DNA of 64,000 nucleotides, from the NCBI RefSeq assembly GCF_006345805.1, contig NC_043017.1, positions 26,970,001-27,034,000 of the forward strand. The letters are read 5' to 3'. Below are positions 39,836-53,741 of the stretch, one piece after another. The DNA is from Octopus sinensis. Taxonomy: Eukaryota. The notes under the pieces were generated by a model. It was not told the DNA's origin. It did not search any database and was given only the letters and a program-made list of their open reading frames with translations. The stretch's first letter is position 1; every line of letters starts with the position of its first letter. Made by a program: the position numbers and the translations under genes.

Positions 39836-40369
39836 GTGTGCAAACACACACACACATATATATGTCTATATATATATATATATCAACATGCTTGCGGTGC
39901 GTGTGTATGCAAACATACGCACACACACACACACATACACACACACACACATACACACACACACACGTACATACATACACACGTATACATACACGTAAAA
40001 GAAAATATTATGATACCGATAATTAATGAAATATCCTGTAATAAAACACTCGTATTATTAGATATTACTGAATCAACTCGTATTTAAAGAATAATTGTTT
40101 ACGGATATTTGCTTAATGAAATACCCATCAACGTTTTATTATCTTAATGAAATATATAATGAAGAAAATAGTCAGGTATTATAACAGCGAAATTGAGTAA
40201 AACTACAGGAAATATTTTGTAACATTTATGGGTCATTATTTAGAATTTAGAGCCACTTGTTAAGAAATCTGTAATTTGCTAGTAATTTCAAACTGAATGG
40301 TTTGTGCTATTTTGCAAATTCTCGATGAGGTCGATGTCACTACTTACGATTCTCATGAAATATATATGA

Positions 40370-41029
40370 GATATACAACGAGTGAATATTTAAACAAAGC
40401 AGTATTAATTATGGTTTAGGCCATAAATGAGGTACTTTACGTCTCGATATACACAGACACTTACCTCTGTTCTTTCTCAACATAAGCTACAAATCATGCA
40501 GATATACAACGAGTGAATATTTAAACAAAGCAGTATTAATTATGGTTTAGGCCATAAATGAGGTACTTTACGTCTCGATATACACAGACACTTACCTCTG
40601 TTCTTTCTCAACATAAGCTACAAATCATGCAGATATACAACGAGTGAATATTTAAACAAAGCAGTATTAATTATGGTTTAGGCCATAAATGAGGTACTTT
40701 ACGTCTCGATATACACAGACACTTACCTCTGTTCTTTCTCAACATAAGCTACAAATCATGCAGATATACAACGAGTGAATATTTAAACAAAGCAGTATTA
40801 ATTATGGTTTAGGCCATAAATGAGGTACTTAAGTCTCGTCGATATACACACAGACACTTACCTCGTTTCTTTCTCACATAAGCTACAAATCATGCAGATA
40901 TACAACGAGTGAATATTTAAACAACGCAGCATTAATTGTTGTTTTGTCCATAAATATGATAATTTACCTCTCGAAATACACAGACACTTACTCTGTTGTT
41001 TCTCAACATATAAGCTAGAAATCATGCAG
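40370..41029. repeat. 131-bp tandem repeat, 5 copies
   Basis: GATATACAACGAGTG starts at 40370, 40501, 40632, 40763, 40897; copies 1-3 look identical, copy 4 has indels, copy 5 is diverged. Confidence 0.95.
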
Positions 41030-41161
41030 TAACGCTGCACCGGATTCAGAGATGGTGAATAAACTTTCAGCTACTCCTTGTTTTCATACAAAATCTACAG
41101 AGGTTAGAAACCTGCTCTTTCTCTATTAGTCAGAAATCTTGAAATAAAACCGAACAATTGG

Positions 41162-41486
41162 ATACATACATACATACATACATACATACATACATACATA
41201 CATACATACATACATACATACATGCATGCATACATACATACATACATACATACATACATACATGCATGCATACATACATGCATACATACATACATACATA
41301 CATACATACATACATACATACCATACATACATGCATACATACATACATGCATGCATACATACATGCTACATACATACATACATACATACATACATACATA
41401 CATACATAAATACATACATACATACATACATTCATACATACATACATACATACATACATACATGCATACATACATACATTCATACA

Positions 41487-41516
<30 letters not shown>
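41162..41516. repeat. (CATA)n microsatellite
   Basis: Direct reading. Confidence 0.95.
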
Positions 41517-41517
<1 letters not shown>

Positions 41518-42099
41518 GCGCAATATTTATGCGTCTCTGAGCGTAAGTATAAATATTCATAAAATTACAGAAATTAAAATTAAATTTTAAATATAATTAT
41601 TTATGCCAATGTTCTAGTTGGTATATACCTGAAAGCATTATATAACAAAAAAAAAAAAAAACAATTATATTTGTTTTCTGACTATTAACTTGAACTCGAG
41701 AGAAAGTGCCGGTTACCAATCAGATAAACGCTACATCTCGGATTTCTTTCAACTCCAAATTTCTTCAGATGTTTAATTCTTGGATGAACAAATATCTTTC
41801 ATCTCCAAAGAGGAGGTTGATTGTGTCGGTATCTATACCATTAATGACGGTATTTTGAATCGCTGCGATAACAATCCATATAACTCAATTGTTCATTAAT
41901 AAAATTAATTTCAACAAGTAATTAAAATCGTTTTGATTTTCCTAAGAACTTGTAGATTATTTGATGTTTTATCGTTGAAAGTTACAGAGAGTAATGGACG
42001 CCAACGTATTGTTTAATAGATCGTAAAATAGTTTATTCGCTAACTTGAATAACTGTCATTTCATTGTAATAATGTAATAATCATTTTCTACATTTGCAC

Positions 42100-42760
42100 A
42101 AGGCCAGCAATTTTAAGTGGTGGAATTAAATCGGTTATATCGCCAACGCGACTGGAGTGTCATTTATCTTAGTGCCTTAGGAAGGATGGCATCCATCGTT
42201 GACTTCGGTGGAATTTGAACTCATAAATTAATGTGACGTAAGATATTCTACTGATTATTTCGGCCAACTCGCCAACGATTCCCATATCACATTATGTATA
42301 ATAATCGTTTCTATGATTTGTTGACATTCTGTTGTGATGTGAGTATATGTGATTTGTTTTATTTAAAAGAGAACTTTTAGGGAGAGTTAAGTTGAATACA
42401 TCGACCCCAGCGCTCATCTGGTACCTCTATCTCAACGTATTGAAAGGGAAAGCCGTGCTCAGCAGAATTTGATCTTAAGGCATAAAATCAGAAAAATAGC
42501 CGCTGCACATTTTGCCCGGCGTAATAGCGATTCTTATAGCTCTCCATCTTTTCTAGTTTAAGCAGAAGACCAGGACTGTTGGGGAAAGGTGTTAGTAGAT
42601 TATATTGACTCGAGTATTCAAAGGACAGTTGTTTTATCGAATCAGAAGGATGTGATGAACAGTTGACATCGTAAGAATTTTTACTGAAAACGCTAAAGCG
42701 CCAGCCAAATATTTTGTCGCTTTGGCCATCTTTCGTTTACGACAGCTCGCCGGCTTAACA
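42100..42760 (-). mobile_element. Three highly diverged SINE family C-like copies
   Basis: Remnants of GGAATTTGAACTC, ATCGACCCCAG..CTGGTACC and CAGCTCGCC. Confidence 0.55.
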
Positions 42761-42808
42761 CACGTAATAAATGCTAACATTTACACTTTCGAAGTTCACA
42801 TTATACTC

Positions 42809-43026
42809 TTACTCTCTTTTACTTGTTTCAGTCATTTGACTGCGGCCACGCTGGAGCACCGCCTTTAATCGAGCAACTCGAGCCCGGGACTTATTCTTTG
42901 TAAGCCCAGTACTTATTCTATAGGTCTCTTTTGCCGAACCGCTAAATGACGGGGACATAAACACACCAGCATCGGTTGTCAAGCAATGCTAGGAGTACAA
43001 ACACAGACACACAAACATACACGCAC

Positions 43027-43083
<57 letters not shown>

Positions 43084-43197
43084 ACATATATACGACGGGC
43101 TTCTTTCAGTTTCCGTCTACAAAATCCACTCACAAGGCTTTGGTTGACCCGGAACCATGTGGTTTGTAAACAAGCTACTTTCCACACAGCCACACCT
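42809..43197 (-). mobile_element. SINE family A with internal deletion
   Basis: Tail and head intact; the GGGCTATAG..CCCAAGGTGCC segment is missing. Confidence 0.88.
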
Positions 43198-44504
43198 ATC
43201 ATGTATAGTAAAACATGTTTTTTAGAAATTACTGAGTTCTATGTGGTTTTGATACTTTGACAGTTTCCATGTAGCTGTAATTGACTGTTAACAGAAATCT
43301 GGAGAAAATATCGTCTCCCAAGTAGATGTATTGGAAATGTGTCTACTCTTAAATCATACCACGTTTCAAGTTCATATGCTTATAGGTTTTTCTAAGACAG
43401 GTCAGACTGCCCTTCTTTTTCAGATATATCGTATTGTAATATATGACCACAGGAAATTCAACTTGCACATTGCATGCTGATGAAAAACATATTTTGGTTT
43501 TATACAGTCCTTGTCTATATCAGCTTGAAGGAGCTGTCAGGTATCGTAGACTGGCGCCCGCCTCTCACGTGCCTCTTGCATTGAGTACAGTACTCCATGA
43601 AGATATTATTAACATCCATGGTAATAACATTACACTGTATACATAAGTAAAACAGCTTATTTGTGATAAGCAAAGTGAACTCTTCTTAGTAATAGTGAAT
43701 GAAGGTATATGCAGAAAGTACAATGGGGAAATACAGTATATACAATTAGAAAAATATACACATACACACAGTAACTCATGGAAATAGAAGCCCTCCTTTG
43801 GACTATAAAAGTTTGCATCCCGCCTGCATCTCTCAATCCTAGTAATTCTGAATGTGTCCCTTTTTATCGTATCTCCTGACAAAGGCCTCACATTCAAGGC
43901 GTTAAAATATTCTTTTATTCGCGAGCGGTCATTAAGACCCGTTCTTATCAACTGCCTATTTTGCCTAATGTAATTATTGTTATTCTCGTCACCCTCCCTC
44001 CCTCCATCCATCCATCCATAAATACATACATACATACATACATACATCCATAGATACATACATACAAACAAACAAACAAACACACAGACACACGCACTAA
44101 TATAATCTGTTTGTTCGTTTGCCCGTTATACCATAGTTAGTTGGAGAGATGGAGGTGGAGTGAGTGAGATATGGTATAAGAGTGAGAGAGAAAGAGGTAG
44201 AAATGAATAAAGAAGAGAGGAAGCAGTAGAGAAAAGTTATTAATAAGCGAAAGTATCACGTAAGTGAGCTAAAGGTAGAGGCGAAGAACGAGAGAAAGCG
44301 ACGAGGAAAATAAAGAGAGAAAGAGGTGTTAAAGACGGGTGGTCGGGTGAGGAAAGAATGCTTATTATGTGGCTGAAGAAAAGTTTGCTGGAGCAGAAGG
44401 TAGATAATGAAAGATGTACAGGTACTTGTATTGAGAGGAAGAGGCAGATAAAGGTGTTGTTTTTGGTGGTGTATTGATATTCTTTCCTACTATAGACACA
44501 AGGC

Positions 44505-44632
44505 AAGAAGGTTCTGGGGAGGGGGTCAGACTATTAGATCGATCCAGGTAAGCAACTGGTACTTAATTTATGGACCCCGAAAGCATAAAAGGCAAAGTCG
44601 ACGTCGTTGGAATTTGAACTCAGAACATAAAG
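44505..44632 (-). mobile_element. SINE family C fragment
   Basis: CTGGTACTTAATTTATGGACCCCGAAAGCATAAAAGGCAAAGTCGAC..GGAATTTGAACTCAGAAC. Confidence 0.75.
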
Positions 44633-45341
44633 TTCCGCCTATACATACATAAGATATTTATGCTTATCTACACATATATACATACATATACATAAATACA
44701 AACACACTCACATATATATACACATAGACATATATATATATATACACACATAATTGTACATATACACACGCGTGCACGTCAGAAGAGGCATTCATAGAAA
44801 GAGGAAAAAGAGAGAGTGAGAGAACGAGAGGGAGTGTAGGCATCTTCACACACAAACGGAGAGATGTGGGTCAGAGGGAAAGCAAATGAAATTTTACATT
44901 AATCATCATATAAATGGAGTACATTATGAAATATTAAACTTTCATTTCCGTCCATGTGTGTCATAGAAAGGAGTTCATCTTCAGTATAAAAAGTATTCAG
45001 AAAAAAAGGAAGAAAAAAACGGAAAAACTGATGTGAAATTGATACACGTTTGTCTGTATGATTCAATTATTCAAAACTCGGAGGAGTATTTTGCACGAAA
45101 TTCATAAATATATGTGAAGCAATATTTATGGAATCAAACGCAAAATAGAATGCAGTATACAGTTCAAAGAAATATATTATTTGAACTAGTTTTGAAACAA
45201 TAACTTTGTGTTTTATTATATATGTATGTGTGTGTGTATACATGTTTGCTCTTGTGTGAGTGTTTACGTATTTATACCGCGAAAGCGTATACAACATTAT
45301 TTATGCCTATGCATTCAATATTGTTTTATATATTAAATACA

Positions 45342-45750
<409 letters not shown>

Positions 45751-46662
45751 CATCATCGTCATACACAGAACAGCCTATTCACTTCCAAGAATCATATTCC
45801 CCGATCGCTTATTGAACTCGTACTTGTTGACTGCTGACATACAAGATACAAAACTATCTACAACAAACTCCAGCTCTTGGTATCCATCAGTTGGAATTTT
45901 CCGTCAGATAAAAGGATTCGTTACCAACCTCCCCTACACAGACGTTTGAATAACGAAATCCAGACAAATGTTTAAAAATTCTTTGAAATGAAATGAATAT
46001 ATGTTGCGATCAAATGCCCAACCCTTTATTTGCCACATCACTTTCCTTCTTTCTTTCATTCTTTCTTTCCTTCTTTCTTTCTTCTTCTCCTTCATTTCTT
46101 ATATTTGCTGTTTTTATGTTCTCTTCTTTTCCATCCTCTGTCTCTCATAGTCTCATGATCGTCTTCACTTCTTTTGATTTGTCATCTACTTCTTCCTACC
46201 AATACAACTGAGAACACATCTTTTTCAGAAAATTTGTAGATATATATATATAAAACAGAATAGTGAAGTCCTATGACATACAAAAACCGTTTATTCATAA
46301 AACACAAATTTATATCGAAACCATAACAACTCAATTTTTCCAGTGAATTAATCATACAGATAAGATGCTTCGTAGTCATTCCATAAACTTGATTATTTGT
46401 CTGTCTGTAGCTATCTATGAGATTGTTTATCAGGCAACATCTCGTATGATACCAATTTTAAATGGTATTCTATAATTAAGATTCACCCTCGTGATACTGA
46501 CATAATTTTTATAGAACAATAACTATTTTGTAGGGTGTTTGATATGGTTGTATGTATCTATACTGTTCTAAACACCCAAGTGGTGCATACGTCTTGCTGC
46601 TCTGAGCTGAGCGATAATAAACTGTGGATATCACATTTGCCATTAATAATTATATGTTGTTC

Positions 46663-47793
46663 TGGTATGATATAAAGGATATAAGGCAGTACATAACGAA
46701 CATAACTCTATAAATTAGATTATAACGTATATGATTTAAAACCGTTCTTCTTACATAGATATGCCTCCGCATCAAATAAACTTACCTCTCAACATACACA
46801 TAATATACAAATACACACACACGCACAGACACGCATTCATATACCTTTGTGGTATTTAATGCTGAAGAAGAGGATTCTCCTCCGAAACGCATGGATTTGA
46901 CAATCTGGGAACCGGCGCTTCTAACAGAATCATATGTTTACATTCGATTTGTCAAGAGAAGGTATTATTGTCATTGACAAAGTAGATGGAATGTTTTATT
47001 TGAAATAGAAACATAGTAAAAGAAAGTATATACATATGTGGTATGATATAAGGATATAAGGCAGTACATAACGAACATAACTCTATAAATTAGATATAAC
47101 GTATATGATTTAAAACCGTTCTTCTTACATAGATATGCCTCCGCATCAAATAAACTTACCTCTCAACATACACATAATATACAAATACACACACACGCAC
47201 AGACACGCATTCATATACCTTTGTGGTATTTAATGCTGAAGAAGAGGATTCTCCTCCGAAACGCATGGATTTGACAATCTGGGAACCGGCGCTTCTAACA
47301 GAATTCATATGTTTACATTCGATTTGTCAAGAGAAGGTATTATTGTCATTGACAAAGTAGATGGAATGTTTTATTTGAAATAGAAACATAGTAAAAGAAA
47401 TTATATACATATGTGGTATGATATAAAGGATATAAGGCAGTACATAACGAACATAACTCTATAAATTAGATTATAACGTATATGATTTAAAACCGTTCTT
47501 CTTACATAGATATGCCTCCGCATCAAATAAACTTACCTCTCAACATACACATAATATACAAATACACACACACGCACAGACACGCATTCATATACCTTTG
47601 TGGTATTTAATGCTGAAGAAGAGGATTCTCCTCCGAAACGCATGGATTTGACAATCTGGGAACCGGCGCTTCTAACAGAATTCATATGTTTACATTCGAT
47701 TTGTCAAGAGAAGGTATTATTGTCATTGACAAAGTAGATGGAATGTTTTATTTGAAATAGAAACATAGTAAAAGAAATTATATACATATGTGG
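46663..47793 (+). repeat. About 376-bp tandem repeat, 3 copies, each with a hammerhead-like core
   Basis: TGGTATGATAT starts at 46663, 47039, 47414; CTGAAGA-AGAGGATTCTCCTCC-GAAAC at 46862, 47236, 47613. Confidence 0.92.
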
Positions 47794-47894
47794 AGGTAGA
47801 CACGCACATACATGAATAAACATGTGTACTTCGTAAACACCAGTCGCGTTTTTTTTTCCCTCTTTCGCCCACATCGGGATCTTTTATTCTTCTT

Positions 47895-48042
47895 TCTTCT
47901 TTCTCTTATGTTTCCGACGAAGAGCTCCGCTCGAAATGTCATACCCTCCTTCTTCCATTTTCCTGAGCGCCTAATAATAATAATACTGTAATTATTCCAC
48001 GTGTTGTTGTTTTTTTCTGTTTTGCCGTTTGGATTAACCTAT
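47895..48042 (+). mobile_element. Second copy of the minimal-hammerhead repeat (core U4 to C)
   Basis: GTTT-CCGACGA-A-GAGCTCCGCTC-GAAAT-GTC-ATAC, then TCCTGAGCG.CTAATAATA..GGATTAAC as at 1105-1262. Confidence 0.7.
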
Positions 48043-48331
48043 ATATATATATATACATATATATAAATGGAGTTGAACGAAGATGTTAATAAAATTCCTT
48101 TACCTTCGACATATGTTTCGAAGACAACATGGTTTTATTATCTATTTATTTATTCATCTATAACACACAAATTACAGCACATTAAACCGGAGATTCTTCC
48201 TTTGGATAGGTCACTTCAACCGAGTTTCTGGCGTTAACTTCCTACCCTGGTAACGGTTCATTGAATTTTCCATGTAACGGTAAACATAGGGTAATTCATT
48301 CTCCCATCGAAATATATATATATAATAAAGT

Positions 48332-48709
48332 GGAGGCGCAATGGCCCAGTGGTTAGGGCAGCGGACTCGCGGTCGTAGGGTCGCAGTTTCGATTCCCAGA
48401 CCGGGCGTTGTGAGTGTTTATGGAGCGAAAACACCTAAAAGCTCCACGAGGCTCCGGCAGGGGATGGTGGTGATCCCACAACTTTCACCACAACTCTCTC
48501 TCTCTCTTACTTCCTGTTTCTGTTGTACCTGTATTTCAAAGGGCCGGCCTTGTCACTCTCTGTGTCACACTGAATATCCCCGAGAACTACATTAAGGGTA
48601 CACGTGTCTGTGGAGTGCGCAGCCACTTACACGTTAATTTCACGAGCAGGCTGTTCCGTTGATCGGATCAAGCGGAACCCTCGTCGTCAGAACCGACGGA
48701 GTGCTTCCA
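48332..48709 (+). mobile_element. SINE family B, full length
   Basis: GGAGGCGCAATGGCCCAGTGGTTAGGG ... GACGGAGTGCTTCCA. Confidence 0.9.
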
Positions 48710-48995
48710 TATAAATAAGATCGTTAATTTAAATATCTCATCAAGTGGCCAGCATGGGAATAAATGCCTTCAAAGATAATAATTATTATTAAAATTATAA
48801 ATTAGTGTATCTAAAACCACTTTGAATGTTCATACAGCACCAGGAGAAAAGACAAAATGACAATTGCTAGTTTATTTTGTCCTTATGTATATGTATGTAT
48901 GTATGTAATGTATGTACGTACGTATGTATGTATATAGTATGTATGTATGTATGTATGTATGTATGTATGTATGTGTGTATGTATGTTTGTATGTA

Positions 48996-49130
48996 TAGGC
49001 GTGACTGGTGACTGTGTGGTAAGAAGCTTGCTTCCCAACCACTGCATAGCACTTGGAGCAAGCGATTTCTACTACAACCTGGGGGCGAGCAAATCATTGT
49101 GGGCGGATCTGGTAGCTGGAAATGTCAAGA
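48996..49130 (+). mobile_element. Diverged 5' part of SINE family A
   Basis: GACTGTGTGGTAAGAAGCTTGCTTCCCAACCAC..CTTGGAGCAAG..TTCTACTA. Confidence 0.65.
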
Positions 49131-49284
49131 AGCTTGATTTAAACGGTTTTCACGTTATATCATATATAATCTTACGAACTGAATTCTATTCTTTTACTCT
49201 TGATATGAATCCTCATTATTATAATTATTATAGCTATATTTAAAGAAACATGTTAATTGAAGTTGTATTTCTTAACGTATTTCA

Positions 49285-49421
49285 GTAGCAGTAACGGCAG
49301 TTGTAGTAGTAGTAGTATAGTAGTAGTAGTAGTAGTTGTAGTAGTGGTGGTGGTGGTGATGGTGGTGGTGGTGTTGGTGGTGGTGGTGGTGGTGGTAGTA
49401 GCAGTACTAGCATCAGTAGTC

Positions 49422-49488
<67 letters not shown>

Positions 49489-49510
49489 CAGTAGTAGTAG
49501 TAGTAGTATC
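49285..49510. repeat. Compound (GTA)n/(GTG)n/(GCA)n microsatellite
   Basis: Direct reading. Confidence 0.95.
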
Positions 49511-50129
49511 TGTTGTATTAGTAGCAGCACAGTGCAAGGAAAATTATGATAACGACCAGTATCCAAATTCTACTTATTTTGTCGACTTATTTTCGTACGT
49601 TGGCGTATATTCACACGTGTGCTTGCTGTGGGTAAGCACTATGTTTTACCAAACCACAACACGCCAGAATTTGTAATCTCAATGTCAGTCTAAACCTCAC
49701 CATTGCCAAATGAACTTCCTGACTATTCTTCATAGTTATGCAATGACTTACGTATGCAGTCTACATAGAAACCGGCAGATTAAAAAAAAGAACCTATAAA
49801 TTATATATCATTTTATTTTCCTTTTTACGCTGAAGAACAACATCTACTTTCCGAGGTGCTTTTGTTTATAACAAAGTCCATCCATTACTGTTATTATGCT
49901 ACCTTTGTATTTATGCGGGATTATTTTATTGGAAATGTATTCTATGAACTGAAATACCCTTTCGATTTGAATAAATGTCAGGATGACTCGTGTTCGACAC
50001 CGAGTTATTTAGCAATTTTTGTAGCCATGATTCACATCAAGGAAGAGAAAAAGTTTATGATTTCCACATGTGATTATATATATATATAATAAGACAACGC
50101 ATTTATATAAACACACATATAATATATAC

Positions 50130-50173
<44 letters not shown>

Positions 50174-50205
50174 TATAGACACACGTATCTATATAGATAG
50201 ATACC

Positions 50206-50239
<34 letters not shown>

Positions 50240-50345
50240 TATATATATAATATACATAATATGTATGTAATATATTTATATATATATAAACACATGTATA
50301 CACACTCACGCACCGACACATATATAAATACAATATATATATATA

Positions 50346-50377
<32 letters not shown>

Positions 50378-50624
50378 TATGTATGTAAATGGTATGTATG
50401 TGTGTCTGCACATGATCGAATGTATGCGTCGCAGTTGTGAGTACAGAACGGAAATAGTTTCACTGGCGTTTTTCCTCATTTTCAACGTAATTTGTGGTCT
50501 TCATTATTTTACGTACGGAGAAATTTCCGATGACTTTTAATTCCGTTTGCTTGTGCAATGCAGATGTGTATAGAAATGCTTCACATGTTGAAGACTGTAA
50601 AGAGGTAACGAAAACTTCTTCACA

Positions 50625-50682
50625 TAGATACACACACGTGCACGCGTACATACGCACATGTAGTCGTGTATATATATATAAT

Positions 50683-50713
<31 letters not shown>

Positions 50714-50742
50714 GTATATATATATATATATTATCTATATAT

Positions 50743-50778
<36 letters not shown>

Positions 50779-50818
50779 AAATTAGATATATATACATATA
50801 TACATACATATATATTGG

Positions 50819-50855
<37 letters not shown>

Positions 50856-50900
50856 CACGACTACATGTGGCGTATGTACGCGTGCACGTGTGTGTATCTA
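50625..50900. repeat. 44-bp inverted repeat (1-nt indel) flanking a (TA)n spacer
   Basis: 50625-50668 TAGATACACACACGTGCACGCGTACATACGCACATGTAGTCGTG vs 50856-50900. Confidence 0.9.
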
Positions 50901-51018
50901 TATATATATAGACATACAGAGATGTAAATAAGTTATTTATATATGTGTCGTTGCGTGAGGGGTATAGACACACACAAACACACACACATATATATATATA
51001 TTTGTATATGTATATATA

Positions 51019-51058
<40 letters not shown>

Positions 51059-51686
51059 TGTAAATGAGTATTTATATATGTCTGTATGCGTGAGAGAGTA
51101 TAGACATATATCATGCATATATGTACTTTTGTGAATGTGTCAGGTTTGTATGTATATATACATTCATATATATATATATGTGTGTGTGTGTGGTGTGTGT
51201 GTGTGTGTATAGATGTACAGAAAGAGGTACGCGTATAACGTTACTTAAAGAAAAAGGAAGGCGTTCGTTGAGTTCCTAATTATCCTCCTTTCCGCCTTGG
51301 AATAGTTCCCTTACGGGTTTTGAGTGCGAATCAATATGTGATATTGATTTTATATAAAATTAATAGGTTATGAAATTGATCATTCTCGCTCGGCAGAAAG
51401 GGTTTTATGTAGGGAAATTGAAATGAGATTCAAGTTCTTGTCTCTGGTATGTCATTTGTGAGATAAGATTGTTCAAATTAAGGAAAACATGCAAAGAAAA
51501 CGATCGATTTATTGTTTTATCTCTGCTACTGAATAAGCTTGTGTTTGAACTGGCTTCACCCCATTCACTAAATCTAGGTCTGGAAATGTTAATTGCGTCA
51601 TTGGTTTATGATACTTATAGAGTTTAAGACTTGGTTGCATACGCGGCGTTTCTGAGTCTGAGATAACTGAGATGAATTACAATGTT

Positions 51687-52077
51687 TGTGTGGTAAGTAG
51701 CTTGTTTACCAACCAAGTGATTCCGGGTTCAGTCCCACTGCGTGGCACCTTGGGCAAGTGTCTTCTACTATAGCCTCAGGCCGACCAAAGCCTTGTGAGT
51801 GGATTTGGTAGACGGAAACTGAAAGAAGCTCGTCGTATATATGTATGTATATATACATATATGCGTGTGTGTATATGTTTGTGTGTCTCTCTTTGTTCCA
51901 TCTAACATCGCTTGACAACCGATGCTGGTGTGTTTATGTCCCCGTTACTTAGCGGTTCGTCAAAAGATACCGATAGAGTAAGTACTAGGCTTACAAAGAA
52001 TAAGTCCCGGGGCTGAGTTGCTCGATTAAAGGCGGTGCTCCAGTATGGCCGCAATCAAATGACTGAAACAAGTAAGA
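51687..52077 (+). mobile_element. SINE family A
   Basis: TGTGTGGTAAGTAGCTTG..GGTTCAGTCCCACTGCGTGGCACCTTGGGCAAG..GGCGGTGCTCCAG..GACTGAAACAAG. Confidence 0.9.
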
Positions 52078-52149
52078 GGGGGAATTCTCCTACGAAGCAA
52101 TAACACAAATAAACGAAAGGGATGATTCAGAATATCGAATTCTTACGTC

Positions 52150-52420
52150 TTTCTCAAAATCGATTTCCTCAATTCAACAATTAACCTCGGTCAAAGTCTG
52201 TAATCTTCCTTCAGTTCCTTTCAGTACAGCTCTTTGTGAAATCAACTGGTTTCACAAGGAATAACAACCGCGAAACCAACGGGTAAAGAGTGTGTATTCC
52301 CAAATTGGGGAACATGCCCTAACCTACTTGAAGGCTCAGAATTCCTATTCAGATAGGTTCACAATTAAAACCAGCTTCCCTCGTGCTTCCGAGAATCTAC
52401 TTTATGTTATCACTTGTGTT
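52150..52420 (+). pseudogene. Decayed Penelope-like fragment (Zn finger + start of GIY-YIG)
   Basis: KECVFPNWGTCPNLLEGSEF and FTIKTSFPRASENLLYVITC parallel KKCGRPNCKTCIHLIEGSSY and FIIKNNFTCTSKNLLYVIRC of the 10.6-12.2 kb element. Confidence 0.7.
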
Positions 52421-52515
52421 CGACAAAAAATAAAGGGTGTGCTCCAGCATAACCGAAGTCTAATGACTGAAACAAGTAAAAGAATATAAAATAAAATACA
52501 AAGACACGCATATAT

Positions 52516-52678
52516 GCGCAGGAGGGCTGTGGGGTAAGTACCTTGCTAACCAACCACATGGTTCCAGGTTCAGTCCCACTGCGTGGCACCTTGGGCAAGT
52601 GTCTTCTACTATAGCCTCGGGCCGACCAATGCCTTGTGAGTGGATTTGGTTGACGGAAACTGAAAGAAGCTTGTCGTA

Positions 52679-52716
<38 letters not shown>

Positions 52717-52913
52717 TATATAATATATATATATATTATGCGTGTGTGTCTGTGTTTGTCTCCCTAGCATGGCTTGACAACCGATGCTGGTGTATCTACG
52801 TCCCCGTCATCTAGCGGTTCGGCAAAAGAGAGACCGATAGAATAAGTCCCGGGGTCGATTTGCCCGACTAAAGGCGGCCGCAGTCAAATGACTGAAACAA
52901 GTAAAAGAGTAAA
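52516..52913 (+). mobile_element. SINE family A
   Basis: GCGCAGGAGGGCTGTGGGGTAAG head through GACTGAAACAAGTAAAAGAG tail. Confidence 0.9.
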
Positions 52914-53234
52914 GAGAGAGAGATATAGAAATAATTGAGATTCAGTGGAAGTGGCACTTAAGTTGAAGCATCAAGTCTGTCCGGTATTAACCGCGCAGCG
53001 CGATGTAGAGTGAATAAAATAAAAAATAAGCAACAGGATATCAAATAGTGATGCAGTACGAACGTTTCAAGCGTCTTCTTTTAATTGGACAATGCAATCA
53101 TTTCATCAATTTAATTGCAGTGCCACATTCAGTTGCACAAATAAATAGGTGGAATTTTAACATGTAGGACACTAAAGTATCATTCAATCATTTAGTTTGG
53201 ATTTCATTTGTTTTATAGCTGTTGTTGTTTATTC

Positions 53235-53271
53235 TTCTTCATTTTCTTCTTCTTCTTCTCCTCTTCTTTTT

Positions 53272-53321
<50 letters not shown>

Positions 53322-53388
53322 GCTGCTACAACTACTACTACTACTTCTTCTTCTTCTACTACTACTACTACTACTTCTTCTTCTTCTG

Positions 53389-53419
<31 letters not shown>

Positions 53420-53440
53420 CTCTTCTTCTTCTTCTTCCAC
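53235..53440. repeat. Compound (CTA)n/(CTT)n microsatellite
   Basis: Direct reading. Confidence 0.95.
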
Positions 53441-53741
53441 CTCTCTGTCCCCGCCTTTTTCTTCGGCTGCTCTTGCTTAAACCATCCAGCTTAGAAGCAA
53501 ATATAACTTTTCACCCTCAAAAGACAATTTTTCAGAACTGCTTCTAACTACCTTTACGAAGAGTCATAAAGGAAAAGAGAGGGACACAATGGAAAAAAAA
53601 AGAAAGAAAAAGAAATATCCCAGCTAATTGTTTCTTCAGTTTAATTGTGTTTCTTCTTAATAAATATCCACCTTTGTTTGTCTCTTTGTTGAAAATGTCG
53701 AAAAGAGAGATGCCGGTAGTAATCATTACAAAATATAATCA

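Noticed and set aside
40370-41029. Regular repeat array considered as CRISPR-like
   Set aside because: Units are contiguous with no unique spacers, the context is eukaryotic, and there are no cas genes.
49253-49676. Poly-Thr/Val/Leu ORFs (also 53197-53547 and 7029-7337) suggesting mucin-like or homopolymer proteins
   Set aside because: Compound trinucleotide microsatellites open in several frames on both strands, with no splice or homology support.
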